Below are positions 9,042 to 18,751 of a DNA stretch of 64,000 bases, one piece after another (position 1 is the stretch's first letter; each line of letters opens with the position of its first letter). A model generated the notes under the pieces. It did no database searches and was not told the DNA's origin. It saw only the letters and a list, made by a program, of their open reading frames with translations. A program made the translations under genes and the position numbers. The DNA is from Gammaproteobacteria bacterium Ga0077554 (GTDB lineage Bacteria; Pseudomonadota; Gammaproteobacteria; Ga0077554; Ga007554), in contig LNFF01000031.1 of the NCBI GenBank assembly GCA_001464585.1, forward strand, positions 67,148-131,147, in the 5' to 3' direction.

Positions 9042-9504
9042 GACGATGGGCGATTTCTTCCACCGTGGCAGCCCGCACACCGACAATTTCCACTTCAAAC
9101 GTCAGCGTTTTACCTGCCAGCGGATGATTGGTATCAATGTCCAGCGTTTTCAATCCCGCCTTGATCACAATCGCCGGACGCGCGCCATGTTCAGTATTTA
9201 ATTGCACGACACTGCCGGGTTTGTAAGTGACTTTTTTCTTGCTGTCATTAATTACATGCTTGAGGGAGATGCGTTGCTGCGAGCCTTCTTGCCGCATGCC
9301 ATAAGCCTGCTCGGGCGTGAGTGTAACGCTCAACTGGTCACCCGCCTGTTTGCCCGCCATCGCATTTTCCAATCCCTGCAACATGCCTTGATACCCGTGC
9401 AAATAAACCACCGGGTTGCCTTTGCGTGAATCATCAATCACATCATGGCCGGGTTCGCTCATGCGGTAATGAAACGTCACGACTTTGTTTTTTTCAATTA
9501 ACAT
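9010..9504 (-). CDS. slyD: FKBP-type peptidyl-prolyl cis-trans isomerase SlyD with His-rich C-terminal tail
   Basis: MLIEKNKVVTFHYRM...GYQGMLQGLENAMAGKQAGD...HGDGGHHH. The second ATG at 9504 has a GGAGAA RBS. Confidence 0.8.
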   Translation of the reverse strand: MLIEKNKVVTFHYRMSEPGHDVIDDSRKGNPVVYLHGYQGMLQGLENAMAGKQAGDQLSVTLTPEQAYGMRQEGSQQRISLKHVINDSKKKVTYKPGSVVQLNTEHGARPAIVIKAGLKTLDIDTNHPLAGKTLTFEVEIVGVRAATVEEIAHRHVHGDGGHHH

Positions 9505-9807
9505 TGCTGCGTTCTCCAAAAAACCTGTAGTGTTATTTTGGGAGTGATTTTACTATGAAAACACGTGATCGGGGGGTGTGATATGCAAAATTTTGATTCC
9601 CATCCCTACAGGGCCAATAAGAAATCACTTGCGTCAATAATGCGGGGTAGACCACAGGAAGAAAAGGGGGATGGCAACCAATACAACCTCATGGTTGCGA
9701 AGACGTTCTTGCTGTTCATGGAAGCAGGAGGTGATCTGTAGGGTTCCTTATTATTTGCAAAAACTAATCTCTGCCTGCACTGAACATTTTAAAGAAAACA
9801 ATATTTA

Positions 9808-12282
9808 CTATTTATTTCTCTTCAATTTAAGCGGTTTATCCAGCTTGATTTTAATAAATTCACTGTCATCTGGCCTGGCTGGATCGAGGTGGCGACCCAC
9901 ACTGAACGGATAATTATTGTCATTGATCACGCCAATGGTATTTTTATCCAGCACCACTACATCTTCAATAGTGACAAAAGGAAAGGCAAAGTTAAATCCT
10001 GTGCCAATATCGCCGGGCTGTACTGGAAAGCTCAGATGATGTGGATCCTTGATATTCATCAGGTCGACGACTTCTTCTTTTTCAAGATATACGCCTGCAT
10101 CATCCATTTCGACCTTGAAAATCTTTTTGAAGCCATTCAAATCACCCTGGCTACCGTCACGCTCAATCACCAATCCCTCTTCTTCATTAAAAAGAATGAA
10201 ATCACCGATATTGGTACCGCGTGCATCCAGACGGTATTTGAACTGCCTGCCGGTGTAGGCCCGATCTTTAATATTGAACTCATGGATCAGCAGCGTTTTG
10301 GTATCATCACCTGCCAGTGGACGTTCCAGCAGAGGATAAAGCTTCTTGCCATTGCTGGATAGCGCCATGCCTTCAAACCCACCGCTACGCTCCACACGGA
10401 ACGGCGTGGCGTCTTTGGTTACACGATATGGCCAGGACAGGCCAGCCAACCATGGCGTATTACTGCCATGTTCATCTTGCAGATTGGTACCATCATCCGA
10501 CCCGGCGATGGAGGTATCTGCATAAATGGGAAAGTCACCGAAAAGAAATACGGTGCGAATCGCCGGATAGTGCTTGTGCACATGCAGCAAGGTACGGAAA
10601 TCAAAAGACTGTATATCAGCACGCGCTTCCAGACCATTGGTGGAAATCACTCCCGCCACTGCCGCTGTGAAGGGGCCATGTTCCGCCGTGCGATCAGCAA
10701 ATTCGCCACGCGGATTGGTTTTTGTTTCGATGTTATAACGTACTTTCTCGGCGTTTTTCCAACGTACACTGGCATCGGTATGGCTGCTACCGGGGCCGGT
10801 TTTATAATACGTAATGTAGAAATTAACGAAATCAAATAGCTGTTGCGTAGATGGCATGACATACGGATGCATCAAGCCGTGATGGGCGGCGAAAGCTACA
10901 GCTACCGGCGACATCGCCAAGTTGTTGGTTTGCTCTGGTCCGCGAAACACCTTGTCGCAAATAAATTGCGATTGTATCTGTGCCTGGGTTAGATCTTTAA
11001 CCAGCACTTGATCCGCCACGGTGTAGGGTGCACCATCTGCGCGGCGACATTTTTGTGCCTCAATATGCGGATCATGATCCAGCATGGGCACGGCGTCGGC
11101 ACTCACACCGTTATCTGTCTCCAAAGTAGTCATCAGATAGTCAAGCGCGGCTTCCATGGCCGGAAGTGTGTTTTCCGGGCGCAAATTGCGCGCGCCGCGA
11201 TGGCCTTGCGCGTCAAGCTTGTTGATGCTTATCAAACCATCGGCATTCAGAAAATCGCCGTGTATACCATCGCCATTGGCATCAAACTCGCGCGCGGCCT
11301 GTAACAGTAGATCAGGGCGGTCGGAGATGATGCCGTTTACACCGAGCTTCATCAGCTCCAGCATGCGCGCCTTGTCGTTGACCGTCCAGGTCACCACCGG
11401 AAAGCCCGCGCTCTGAATGGATTTGATATTGAATATTTCGCTGGATGCAGCGGCAAGACCCGACCCAGCAGGTGGCGTTTTTCGGTTTTCCACAAACGTA
11501 TTAGCATTGTTGTCATCCAGCATCACATGCCAGGGGGAAAATACTACTTTTCGGTTTGCACCATGCGCATTGGCGTGTGCACGCACGGCGTTCATAACAC
11601 GTACTGCGCTACTTTCTTCACTCAAGGGATTTTGTGGGGAACGTAATTCTTTGCCAGGATTTGAAAAATCCGGCAAGGCAATCGGCGCTTCCAGTACCTT
11701 TCCCCTGGCATCGGCATGAATCAGAAACGGCCCAAATTCCTCACCAAACCAGAGCGTGCCATCTGCTGCCTTCTGCATGGATTCAATGTCAAAGTCCGCA
11801 CCCGTCAGCACACGTTTTTCGGAAAAATGATGGGTAATGGCAAAGGGGATTTTACGGTCAGGATCGTGTAACTCAAAAAACCCCAACACATCTACGCTTC
11901 CATCACCGCGTTGCCTGGCATCACCGCGTTGCCTGGTGTTACCGCCTTGTTTGGTCTTGAAGTGCGGGCGAACATGATAAACACGCAAATGATAATCGGC
12001 GGAGTTTTCCAGACTGCCGAAACCATTGTCTGACATGACCAGGAATGTACCGTCCTGGTTATTATGGACAGCAGAAAACCCTTGCACGGGTTGCTTGTTG
12101 ACAAAAGGTGCGCTAACGCCATTGGCGCCACCGCCAATAAATTGTCCCGATGTGGGGCCAGATGCAAACGTGCTTGCTGGCAATACCGCACGACCCTCTA
12201 GCTTATCTGCGGCAATGCCCTGCGCGGGAATCCCCATCGCCAACATTATCAACAAATACCGTTTGTTTCTTTTGCCAATCAT
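9808..12282 (-). CDS. Secreted multidomain glycerophosphodiester phosphodiesterase (GP-PDE) with phytase-like esterase domains
   Basis: Signal-peptide-like N-terminus (MIGKRNKRYLLIMLAMGIPAQGIAA). Central HRGARNLRPENTLPAMEAALDY...MLDHD GP-PDE signature. C-terminal ...GVINDNNYPFS phytase-like region. Start at 12282 with GGAGG RBS, not the upstream ATG at 12324. Confidence 0.6.
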   Translation of the reverse strand: MIGKRNKRYLLIMLAMGIPAQGIAADKLEGRAVLPASTFASGPTSGQFIGGGANGVSAPFVNKQPVQGFSAVHNNQDGTFLVMSDNGFGSLENSADYHLRVYHVRPHFKTKQGGNTRQRGDARQRGDGSVDVLGFFELHDPDRKIPFAITHHFSEKRVLTGADFDIESMQKAADGTLWFGEEFGPFLIHADARGKVLEAPIALPDFSNPGKELRSPQNPLSEESSAVRVMNAVRAHANAHGANRKVVFSPWHVMLDDNNANTFVENRKTPPAGSGLAAASSEIFNIKSIQSAGFPVVTWTVNDKARMLELMKLGVNGIISDRPDLLLQAAREFDANGDGIHGDFLNADGLISINKLDAQGHRGARNLRPENTLPAMEAALDYLMTTLETDNGVSADAVPMLDHDPHIEAQKCRRADGAPYTVADQVLVKDLTQAQIQSQFICDKVFRGPEQTNNLAMSPVAVAFAAHHGLMHPYVMPSTQQLFDFVNFYITYYKTGPGSSHTDASVRWKNAEKVRYNIETKTNPRGEFADRTAEHGPFTAAVAGVISTNGLEARADIQSFDFRTLLHVHKHYPAIRTVFLFGDFPIYADTSIAGSDDGTNLQDEHGSNTPWLAGLSWPYRVTKDATPFRVERSGGFEGMALSSNGKKLYPLLERPLAGDDTKTLLIHEFNIKDRAYTGRQFKYRLDARGTNIGDFILFNEEEGLVIERDGSQGDLNGFKKIFKVEMDDAGVYLEKEEVVDLMNIKDPHHLSFPVQPGDIGTGFNFAFPFVTIEDVVVLDKNTIGVINDNNYPFSVGRHLDPARPDDSEFIKIKLDKPLKLKRNK

Positions 12283-12621
12283 ATTCACCTCCCAAAGATT
12301 GTGAGTTTCTGAATCGTAAATCATCCAGAAAAAATCCTAGCAAGTAAATATGGCAAGATGATGAAGGTTTCGTGAAGCAATTGCGTCACTGAATTTTTAG
12401 AGTATGGTACACACAACTACCATTAAACCAGTGGGTGTTACTTGAACATGAACCCAATCAATTAATTATTATGTGCTGGAACCCGCCATTTTTCATAGGT
12501 TTCAATAGCGTGTACTCGTTGAAACTATCCGCCTGAACTTTTGAACTAAATGGCAGCCCCCTATGCCTTATAAAAATCGGAATCATTGAAGATAACCCTG
12601 ACATTGCGAACTTATCCAGGA

Positions 12622-13848
12622 CTATCTCAAACTCTTCGAATCCACCACTCGCTGAATCACCGCAACCGCTTCATCAATCTGCTCTTTGGTGACGACCAGC
12701 GGCGGCGCCAGACGCACGACGGTACCATGTGTATCTTTACTCAACACGCCACGGCTCATCATTTCTTCGCAAACATCACGCGCAGTACAATAGACTGGAT
12801 CAATCTCGACACCAATCAGCAGTCCCTTGCCGCGCACCGCCTTGATAAGTGGGCTGTGCAAGGTGCGCAAGCGTTCCATGAAATACTCACCTAACGTCGC
12901 AGCACGACCAATCAGGTCTTCCTCGACCAATACATTGAGCGCTTCCAGCCCCACGGCGGCGGCGAGAAAGTTGCCGCCAAAGGTGCTGCCATGATCACCG
13001 GGATTAAACACGCCCATCACTTCCTTGCGCGCCAGAAACATTGAGACAGGCAATAAACCACCGCCGATAGCTTTACCTAAAATAACGCCATCAGGTTTAA
13101 CGCCGTCATGCTCGCACGCCAGCAAGCGTCCAGTGCGCCCCAGGCCGGTTTGCACTTCATCGCAAATCAACAGAACATTGTGCTCACGGCAAATACGTGC
13201 ACACTCTGCCAGATAACCGGGCGGTGGCACGACGATGCCGCCTTCACCCTGGATGGGTTCTACTAAAAAAGCCGCAGTATTCGGCGTAATTGCAGCGCGC
13301 AAGGCGGCGGCGTCGCCATACGGCACATACTTGAACCCGGCAGGAAACGGGCCAAAACCGTCACGGTATTGCGGCTCGGTGGACATGCCGACAATAGCGA
13401 TGGTGCGGCCATGAAAATTGCCGTTGCACACGATAATTTCAGCCTGATCTGCCGCGACCCCTTTTACTTTGTACGCCCACTTGCGCACGGTCTTCAACGC
13501 GGTTTCCACCGCCTCTGCGCCGGTATTCATGGGAATGGCAAGATCCTGGCCGGTGAGCGTGCAGGCGCGTTCCAGAAATGGCCCCAGCGTATCACTGTAA
13601 AACGCACGCGAGGTAACCGCCACGCGACCCAACTGGCGTGTCAACGCCGCGACCAGGCGCGGGTGTAAATGGCCGTGGCTTACCGCCGAATAGGCGCTCA
13701 TCATGTCGAGATAACGCTTGCCTTTATCATCCCACACATATACACCTTCGCCACGCACTAACATCACCGGCAAGGGCTCATAGTTATGGGCGCTGTAACG
13801 GCGTTCCAGATCCATCGGGCTCATCTTTGAAGCCATCTTTGGGTTCAT
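12622..13848 (-). CDS. rocD: Ornithine--oxo-acid aminotransferase (class III PLP aminotransferase)
   Basis: YLDMMSAYSAVSHGH, PLP-lysine region ICDEVQTGLGRTG...LGKAIGGG. Start overlaps the arginase stop in an ATGA arrangement. Confidence 0.7.
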   Translation of the reverse strand: MNPKMASKMSPMDLERRYSAHNYEPLPVMLVRGEGVYVWDDKGKRYLDMMSAYSAVSHGHLHPRLVAALTRQLGRVAVTSRAFYSDTLGPFLERACTLTGQDLAIPMNTGAEAVETALKTVRKWAYKVKGVAADQAEIIVCNGNFHGRTIAIVGMSTEPQYRDGFGPFPAGFKYVPYGDAAALRAAITPNTAAFLVEPIQGEGGIVVPPPGYLAECARICREHNVLLICDEVQTGLGRTGRLLACEHDGVKPDGVILGKAIGGGLLPVSMFLARKEVMGVFNPGDHGSTFGGNFLAAAVGLEALNVLVEEDLIGRAATLGEYFMERLRTLHSPLIKAVRGKGLLIGVEIDPVYCTARDVCEEMMSRGVLSKDTHGTVVRLAPPLVVTKEQIDEAVAVIQRVVDSKSLR

Positions 13849-14747
13849 CGGCCACCTCCTGTAAAAAACTCTTCAATCAAACGCGTAATTACCCGCGCCG
13901 TTTTATCATCATGATCTCGCGCAGGATTAAATTCGGCAATTTCAATACCCAGTAAACCGGGCTTGGCAGACAGCGGCGCCAACGCTTGCAGTAAATCAGC
14001 CGCAGCGATACCGCCAGGCTCGGGCGAGCCTACGCCGGGGGCATCGAGAGGATCAATTGCATCCAAATCTATCGAGACGCCAAACCGCGTTGTGCCCCGC
14101 GAAATCAATTCATACGCTTCGTTCATCACCGTCGACAAACCGCGCTCGCGCACTTCATCCATGAAATATACCCGTACTTTATGCTGCCGCAAAAACGCGG
14201 CTTCAGTAGATTCGTAACTGCGCACGCCGATCACGCATACATGTTCAGCGAATAATTTCGGGCCAGCAAATTGCACGCTACTCAGACGCGCATCACCATA
14301 GCCCAGTAAACTGGCCAGCGGCATGCCATGCACTGCACCGCTGGTACTGGTCTCGGGGGTATGGCTGTCCATATGCGCGTCGATCCAGATCAACCCCAAT
14401 GGACGGCGATTAGGCAGGGTCGCTACGGCGCCACTCCAGGTGCCAATCGCACAGGAATGATCGCCACCCAGCACCGCAAACGGCGTACCCGCCTGCATCG
14501 CAACCATGACTTCTGCGGCAAGTCGTTGGCATAAATCGGCAATGACATCATAGGCGTCCGTCAGCAGCGGGGTTTGCTGCGGATATAAAATAGCCTGCCA
14601 CACCGCCTCGCAACCAGCGGCGCACAAGGTGCGCTGCAAACCCATACCGCGTAACAACTCCGGCCCCACGCCACAACGTGGATCCCGTGCGCCCAAACCC
14701 GAAGCAGCGCCCAGCAATCGCAGATGAGGGTATAGCGTGGTAGACAT
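13845..14747 (-). CDS. Arginase/agmatinase-family ureohydrolase
   Basis: GGDHSCAIG, DAHMD and SIDLDAIDP manganese-binding motifs of the arginase family. Confidence 0.7.
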   Translation of the reverse strand: MSTTLYPHLRLLGAASGLGARDPRCGVGPELLRGMGLQRTLCAAGCEAVWQAILYPQQTPLLTDAYDVIADLCQRLAAEVMVAMQAGTPFAVLGGDHSCAIGTWSGAVATLPNRRPLGLIWIDAHMDSHTPETSTSGAVHGMPLASLLGYGDARLSSVQFAGPKLFAEHVCVIGVRSYESTEAAFLRQHKVRVYFMDEVRERGLSTVMNEAYELISRGTTRFGVSIDLDAIDPLDAPGVGSPEPGGIAAADLLQALAPLSAKPGLLGIEIAEFNPARDHDDKTARVITRLIEEFFTGGGR

Positions 14748-14925
14748 AACGGCCTCTGTATATGAGGTTATCGGCCGGGTAAGCTCAAGTAATTAGACAC
14801 CTCATCTGCTGTGAAATTCATATTAAAAAATCATGATTTACAAAAACTGTGACGCACTTAACGGTAATTTTCATAGCGCCGCCTTACACTGGCTATACCC
14901 AATAATTTTTTAAGGAGCGGCCGCC

Positions 14926-15306
14926 ATGCACACAAAAATATCAAGCTCACTCTACCTCTGGATTCTCGCTCTCAGCATGGCCTCGCCCGTGATGGCTGGC
15001 GAGGCCGTTGACGCCTTGGACAGCGCCCGCGCGGGTGATTACACCCAGGCTGCCGCCGCCATTAAACCTCTGGCGATTGGCGGCAATCCACAGGCGCAGT
15101 TCAATCTTGCCCTGCTGTATCACAGCGGCGCGGGCATCAGCCAGAATGAAGTCGCGGCAGTTGTGTGGTATCACAAAGCCGCCGAAAACGGCTCTGTAGA
15201 AGCCCAGGAATTTTTAGCGGCGGGTTATGCAGAAGGCTGGTTTGGCTTAAAACGTGATGTGGAAAAAGCGAAATACTGGGATACACAATCTCAATCAAGT
15301 CATTGA
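14926..15306 (+). CDS. Sel1-repeat (TPR-like) secreted protein
   Basis: Signal peptide followed by Sel1-like repeats (AQFNLALLYHSGAGISQNEVAAVVWYHKAAENGSVEAQEFLAAGYAEG). Confidence 0.6.
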   Translation: MHTKISSSLYLWILALSMASPVMAGEAVDALDSARAGDYTQAAAAIKPLAIGGNPQAQFNLALLYHSGAGISQNEVAAVVWYHKAAENGSVEAQEFLAAGYAEGWFGLKRDVEKAKYWDTQSQSSH

Positions 15307-15350
15307 CGATTTATAGATAAATTTATACACGTAAGCCAGGATAGCTTTCT

Positions 15351-16250
15351 CTATACTGGCTTTTTTGCACGTGCCACCGGCATGTTCTTGCCCACCGCCA
15401 CAATCACTACCATGATCACCGCAAATACCAGTATTGTCCCCGTCACTGATTCACCAAACAACAGGCCAGCCGCTGCCAGTGTTAAAAACGGCTGTAAAAG
15501 CTGTATTTGCCCCACCCGCGCCACACCGCCCAGCGCCATGCCGTGATACCACAAAAAAAATGCCAGCCACTGGCTGATCACACTCACATAGCCAAACCCC
15601 AGCCACGCTGACCACGGCACATTAAAATCCTGCCGCCACGCTACCCATCCCACTGGCACCAGCAGCAGCGGTGCCGCGATCACCAGTGCCCAGCAGATCA
15701 CCTGCCATCCCCCCAGGATATGCGCCAGCCGCCCGCCTTCGGCATATCCCAAAGCCACAGCGGCAACACCTGCCAATAACAACAAATCGGCCACCTGCAA
15801 CTGCCCTGCGCCGGAAATGAACGCAAATGTAATCACCACTGCACCGCCCAGTATACTGGTCAGCCAGAATCCCAGCGAGGGTCGCTCGCCCGTGCGAAAT
15901 ACCGCTGCAAGGGTGGTTGCCAGTGGCACGATGCCAATCACGATTGCGGCGTGTGCGGCAGGTACATCACGCATCGCCCAAGATGATAACAACGGGAAAC
16001 CGACAATCGCACCCGCAACCACAATCAGCAAGCCCTTGAGGTGCTGGCGTGCAGGCCATGCCTGCCGCGTCACTGCCAATAACATCGCCGCCAGCACAGC
16101 GGCCACCAACGCCCGCCCCAATCCCACCAGCACCGGGTCAAAATGCGCCACTGCCACCCGCGTAGCGGGCAAGGTGAGGCTAAACCCAACCACGCCCCAG
16201 AAACCATACCACAGCCCACGCGTTTCCGTAATGATTGCAGCGCTTTTCAT
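15351..16250 (-). CDS. DMT-superfamily (EamA-like) permease
   Basis: Ten-helix hydrophobic profile with duplicated EamA-like halves. ATG at 16250 with GAGGA RBS is preferred over the TTG at 16289. Confidence 0.6.
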   Translation of the reverse strand: MKSAAIITETRGLWYGFWGVVGFSLTLPATRVAVAHFDPVLVGLGRALVAAVLAAMLLAVTRQAWPARQHLKGLLIVVAGAIVGFPLLSSWAMRDVPAAHAAIVIGIVPLATTLAAVFRTGERPSLGFWLTSILGGAVVITFAFISGAGQLQVADLLLLAGVAAVALGYAEGGRLAHILGGWQVICWALVIAAPLLLVPVGWVAWRQDFNVPWSAWLGFGYVSVISQWLAFFLWYHGMALGGVARVGQIQLLQPFLTLAAAGLLFGESVTGTILVFAVIMVVIVAVGKNMPVARAKKPV

Positions 16251-16667
16251 ACAGCTATCCTCATCAAACACATATTTATAAATAGCCAAGTTACGCCGAG
16301 GGCAAGCGCCAGCACAGACTCAAAACCGGGAATATGATACGTTACAGCGTACCTCTATTATAAATCCGCTGAAGCTGCGATGGTGGATTTATAGAGGTGC
16401 CCTACAGTTTTGTAAAAAATATAAATGTAATCATCCTGTCACATTGAAGATGTGTTTTACTTAACCCTTCCCAGCTATCATTTTTACGCACCTGCACATC
16501 CATGGAAAGCATAGGCGGGTACCTTGATTTTATCCATAAATTACAGGATATCGCAGCAACGCTACTGCATGAAAATTTTGAACGGGTATTAAAATGATTT
16601 ACAATTTTAGCACGAGTGAAGTAAAGCATAATGCTGCGGTGAGCCAACGCCTTGTGGACTAAATATC

Positions 16668-17618
16668 TTATTCGCGGTAGATGGTGACCCGATTTCGACC
16701 GTTGGCTTTGGATTGATAGAGCGCAGTATCCGCCCGCCGGATCAATTCTTCGTAGCAGGGAATACCGGGCACCCATTGTGACACACCCAGGCTGATGGTA
16801 ACGGGCAACGCCAAATCACCGAAGGTTATGGGGTTGGATCCCATGGCATGGCATAAACGCTCGGCAACGATTAAAGCGCCCTCCAGGGGCGTCTCCGGGA
16901 GCACAACGGCAAATTCTTCGCCGCCATAGCGGGCAAAAGTGTCGACATCACGCAGACATTCGCGCAGGCGTTTGGCAGTATTGCGTAACACTTCGTCCCC
17001 CGCCAAATGACCATGGACATCATTGACGCGTTTGAAGTGGTCGATATCAAGCATGATCAGCGACATCATACTGCCATAGCGTTGCGCGCGGCTGAACTCC
17101 TTATTCACTAGCTCTTCCAGATAGCGGCGGTTGTGGATCCCGGTCAGACCATCGCGATTGCTGGCCTCGGCGAGCGATTTCAAGGCGCTTCTGAGCATGC
17201 GTTGCGTGATACTGGTATCGGTCACATCGAAGAGCGTAATACACACATAGGCAACTTCATCATCTGCGTCTTTCATCGGCAGAAAGGTGCAGTTTTGGTA
17301 CATGGCGTCAATGCCGCCGGTCACAGGACGGTTGTGGCGAAAGTGAAACAAATAAGGCCGTTGTTCCCACGAAGTGAAGGAAAAATTCTTGATCACAAAA
17401 ACATTCGTGATTTTACGTTGCAGCCAGGTAACCGGTAATTCCGGGAAACTCTCGAACAGATTATGGCCCACCACCTCAGCAGCGGAACGACCACTGTTGG
17501 TTTCCATGAAGCGATTCCACAGCACGACATTCATGTCACGATCAACAACGAAAACGCCGACACTCACCCGGTCAACGATGAAGCCAAGCAATTCCGGTGA
17601 TGGCGTGGGGCGATCCAT
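16668..17618 (-). CDS. PAS-GGDEF diguanylate cyclase
   Basis: N-terminal PAS-like region, RYGGEEFAVVL active-site motif and upstream inhibitory-site-like RRAD. Confidence 0.7.
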   Translation of the reverse strand: MDRPTPSPELLGFIVDRVSVGVFVVDRDMNVVLWNRFMETNSGRSAAEVVGHNLFESFPELPVTWLQRKITNVFVIKNFSFTSWEQRPYLFHFRHNRPVTGGIDAMYQNCTFLPMKDADDEVAYVCITLFDVTDTSITQRMLRSALKSLAEASNRDGLTGIHNRRYLEELVNKEFSRAQRYGSMMSLIMLDIDHFKRVNDVHGHLAGDEVLRNTAKRLRECLRDVDTFARYGGEEFAVVLPETPLEGALIVAERLCHAMGSNPITFGDLALPVTISLGVSQWVPGIPCYEELIRRADTALYQSKANGRNRVTIYRE

Positions 17619-18232
17619 TACACCGCTGCCATGAGACGCTCCAGCGACTCCCGCAGTGACTCAATGCCCTCTTCGGCCATGAGGATCAGTAAATGGCTTT
17701 TGAAGTTACTGTTTTCGAGAGTGAAATTGACCTCAACCAGCAGACTGTATTCCCAGGCCAAATTTTCTGGCACCAACACCCTATCCAGCGACGCGTATTC
17801 AGCCATGATGGAGGGCGGATAAAAACTGATATCGGCCTGGAGTTGCGCTCCGATGCCACTGATGCAAGCGCCGATCAGGATATTGCCGACATCAAGCAGC
17901 AACTCTTGTTCGCCGAGGGCGTCCAGATCGGTGGCGTAGCCCATGAGTACAGCAAGATCCAGACAGCCACTGGCGCCAAACAACACAATAGCCTCGCCGC
18001 GCAGGTGATCGTAAAACGATTGGCGCACGGCGGTGATGGCTTCGCGATCATTCACCATGGCGCGAACAGTCTTGACGATTTCCGAAACATGCACCAGACG
18101 AATGCGGGGCACTGAGAGTTCGACGAACACGTCCAGGGTACGCGCCAAACGGTCACCCGCCTGCCCCATGGCGATATTGACGACTTCCTGCAGGGCATCC
18201 GATTGGTCGGTGGTCAGTGGTGCTATGCTCAT
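17618..18232 (-). CDS. CheC-like (CheC/CheX family) phosphatase-domain protein
   Basis: Two CheC-like halves: SDALQEVVNIAMGQAGDRLARTL and LLDVGNILIGACISGIGAQL. Translationally coupled to the flanking genes. Confidence 0.55.
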   Translation of the reverse strand: MSIAPLTTDQSDALQEVVNIAMGQAGDRLARTLDVFVELSVPRIRLVHVSEIVKTVRAMVNDREAITAVRQSFYDHLRGEAIVLFGASGCLDLAVLMGYATDLDALGEQELLLDVGNILIGACISGIGAQLQADISFYPPSIMAEYASLDRVLVPENLAWEYSLLVEVNFTLENSNFKSHLLILMAEEGIESLRESLERLMAAV

Positions 18233-18594
18233 AGTATCCCGTAGTCCTTCAATACCTTCGCCACTTGTTCAGTGCTGACTGGTTTCTTGAGAAACGCGAT
18301 AGCACCCATCGACCGCACCCGCTCCTGGGCCTTGGGTTGGATGTCGGCAGAAACCACGATCACAAAACTGTTCAGCCCTTCACGCTTTAAATGTTCCAGC
18401 ACCTCGTAGCCATCCATAACCGGCATGGTCAAATCCAGGAACATGACATGCGCCTTGCCGGCGCGGCAGGCGTCCAAAGCCTCCACACCATTGGACGCCT
18501 GCGTGACTTCAACATTCCAGTCCGGCGGCAATGCTTTGATTATCAGCTTACGCGACAACGAGGAATCGTCGACTATAGTGACCGGTGTTGACAT
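18229..18594 (-). CDS. Stand-alone CheY-like response-regulator receiver domain
   Basis: IVDDS...MFLDLTMPVMDG...VSADIQPK...FLKKP. Acidic pocket, phospho-acceptor Asp and conserved Lys present. Confidence 0.75.
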   Translation of the reverse strand: MSTPVTIVDDSSLSRKLIIKALPPDWNVEVTQASNGVEALDACRAGKAHVMFLDLTMPVMDGYEVLEHLKREGLNSFVIVVSADIQPKAQERVRSMGAIAFLKKPVSTEQVAKVLKDYGIL

Positions 18595-18751
18595 TCAGAT
18601 AGACCCCGTCCTTAGTGAAATTCCAGTGTAGACACAATCCTGGCAAACCTCTATGTGCATAGGTAACGGCTTCATCCCAAAAAAGTTGAGCGGGTCTGTC
18701 CAGCCCCATACGCATTTGCGCCAGGTCCTATCCCACTGTTGCCCACCGTTA

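Noticed and set aside
9520-9807. Hairpin gcaacca-N11-tggttgc and short ORFs between slyD and the phosphodiesterase gene
   Set aside because: It is a single short stem without a U-tract or flanking conservation. There is insufficient evidence for an sRNA or terminator.
16402-16776. 124-aa minus-strand ORF in the AT-rich region between the DMT permease and the PAS-GGDEF gene
   Set aside because: It overlaps the 3' end of the GGDEF gene. Composition is AT-rich and low complexity, with no recognisable motif or RBS.
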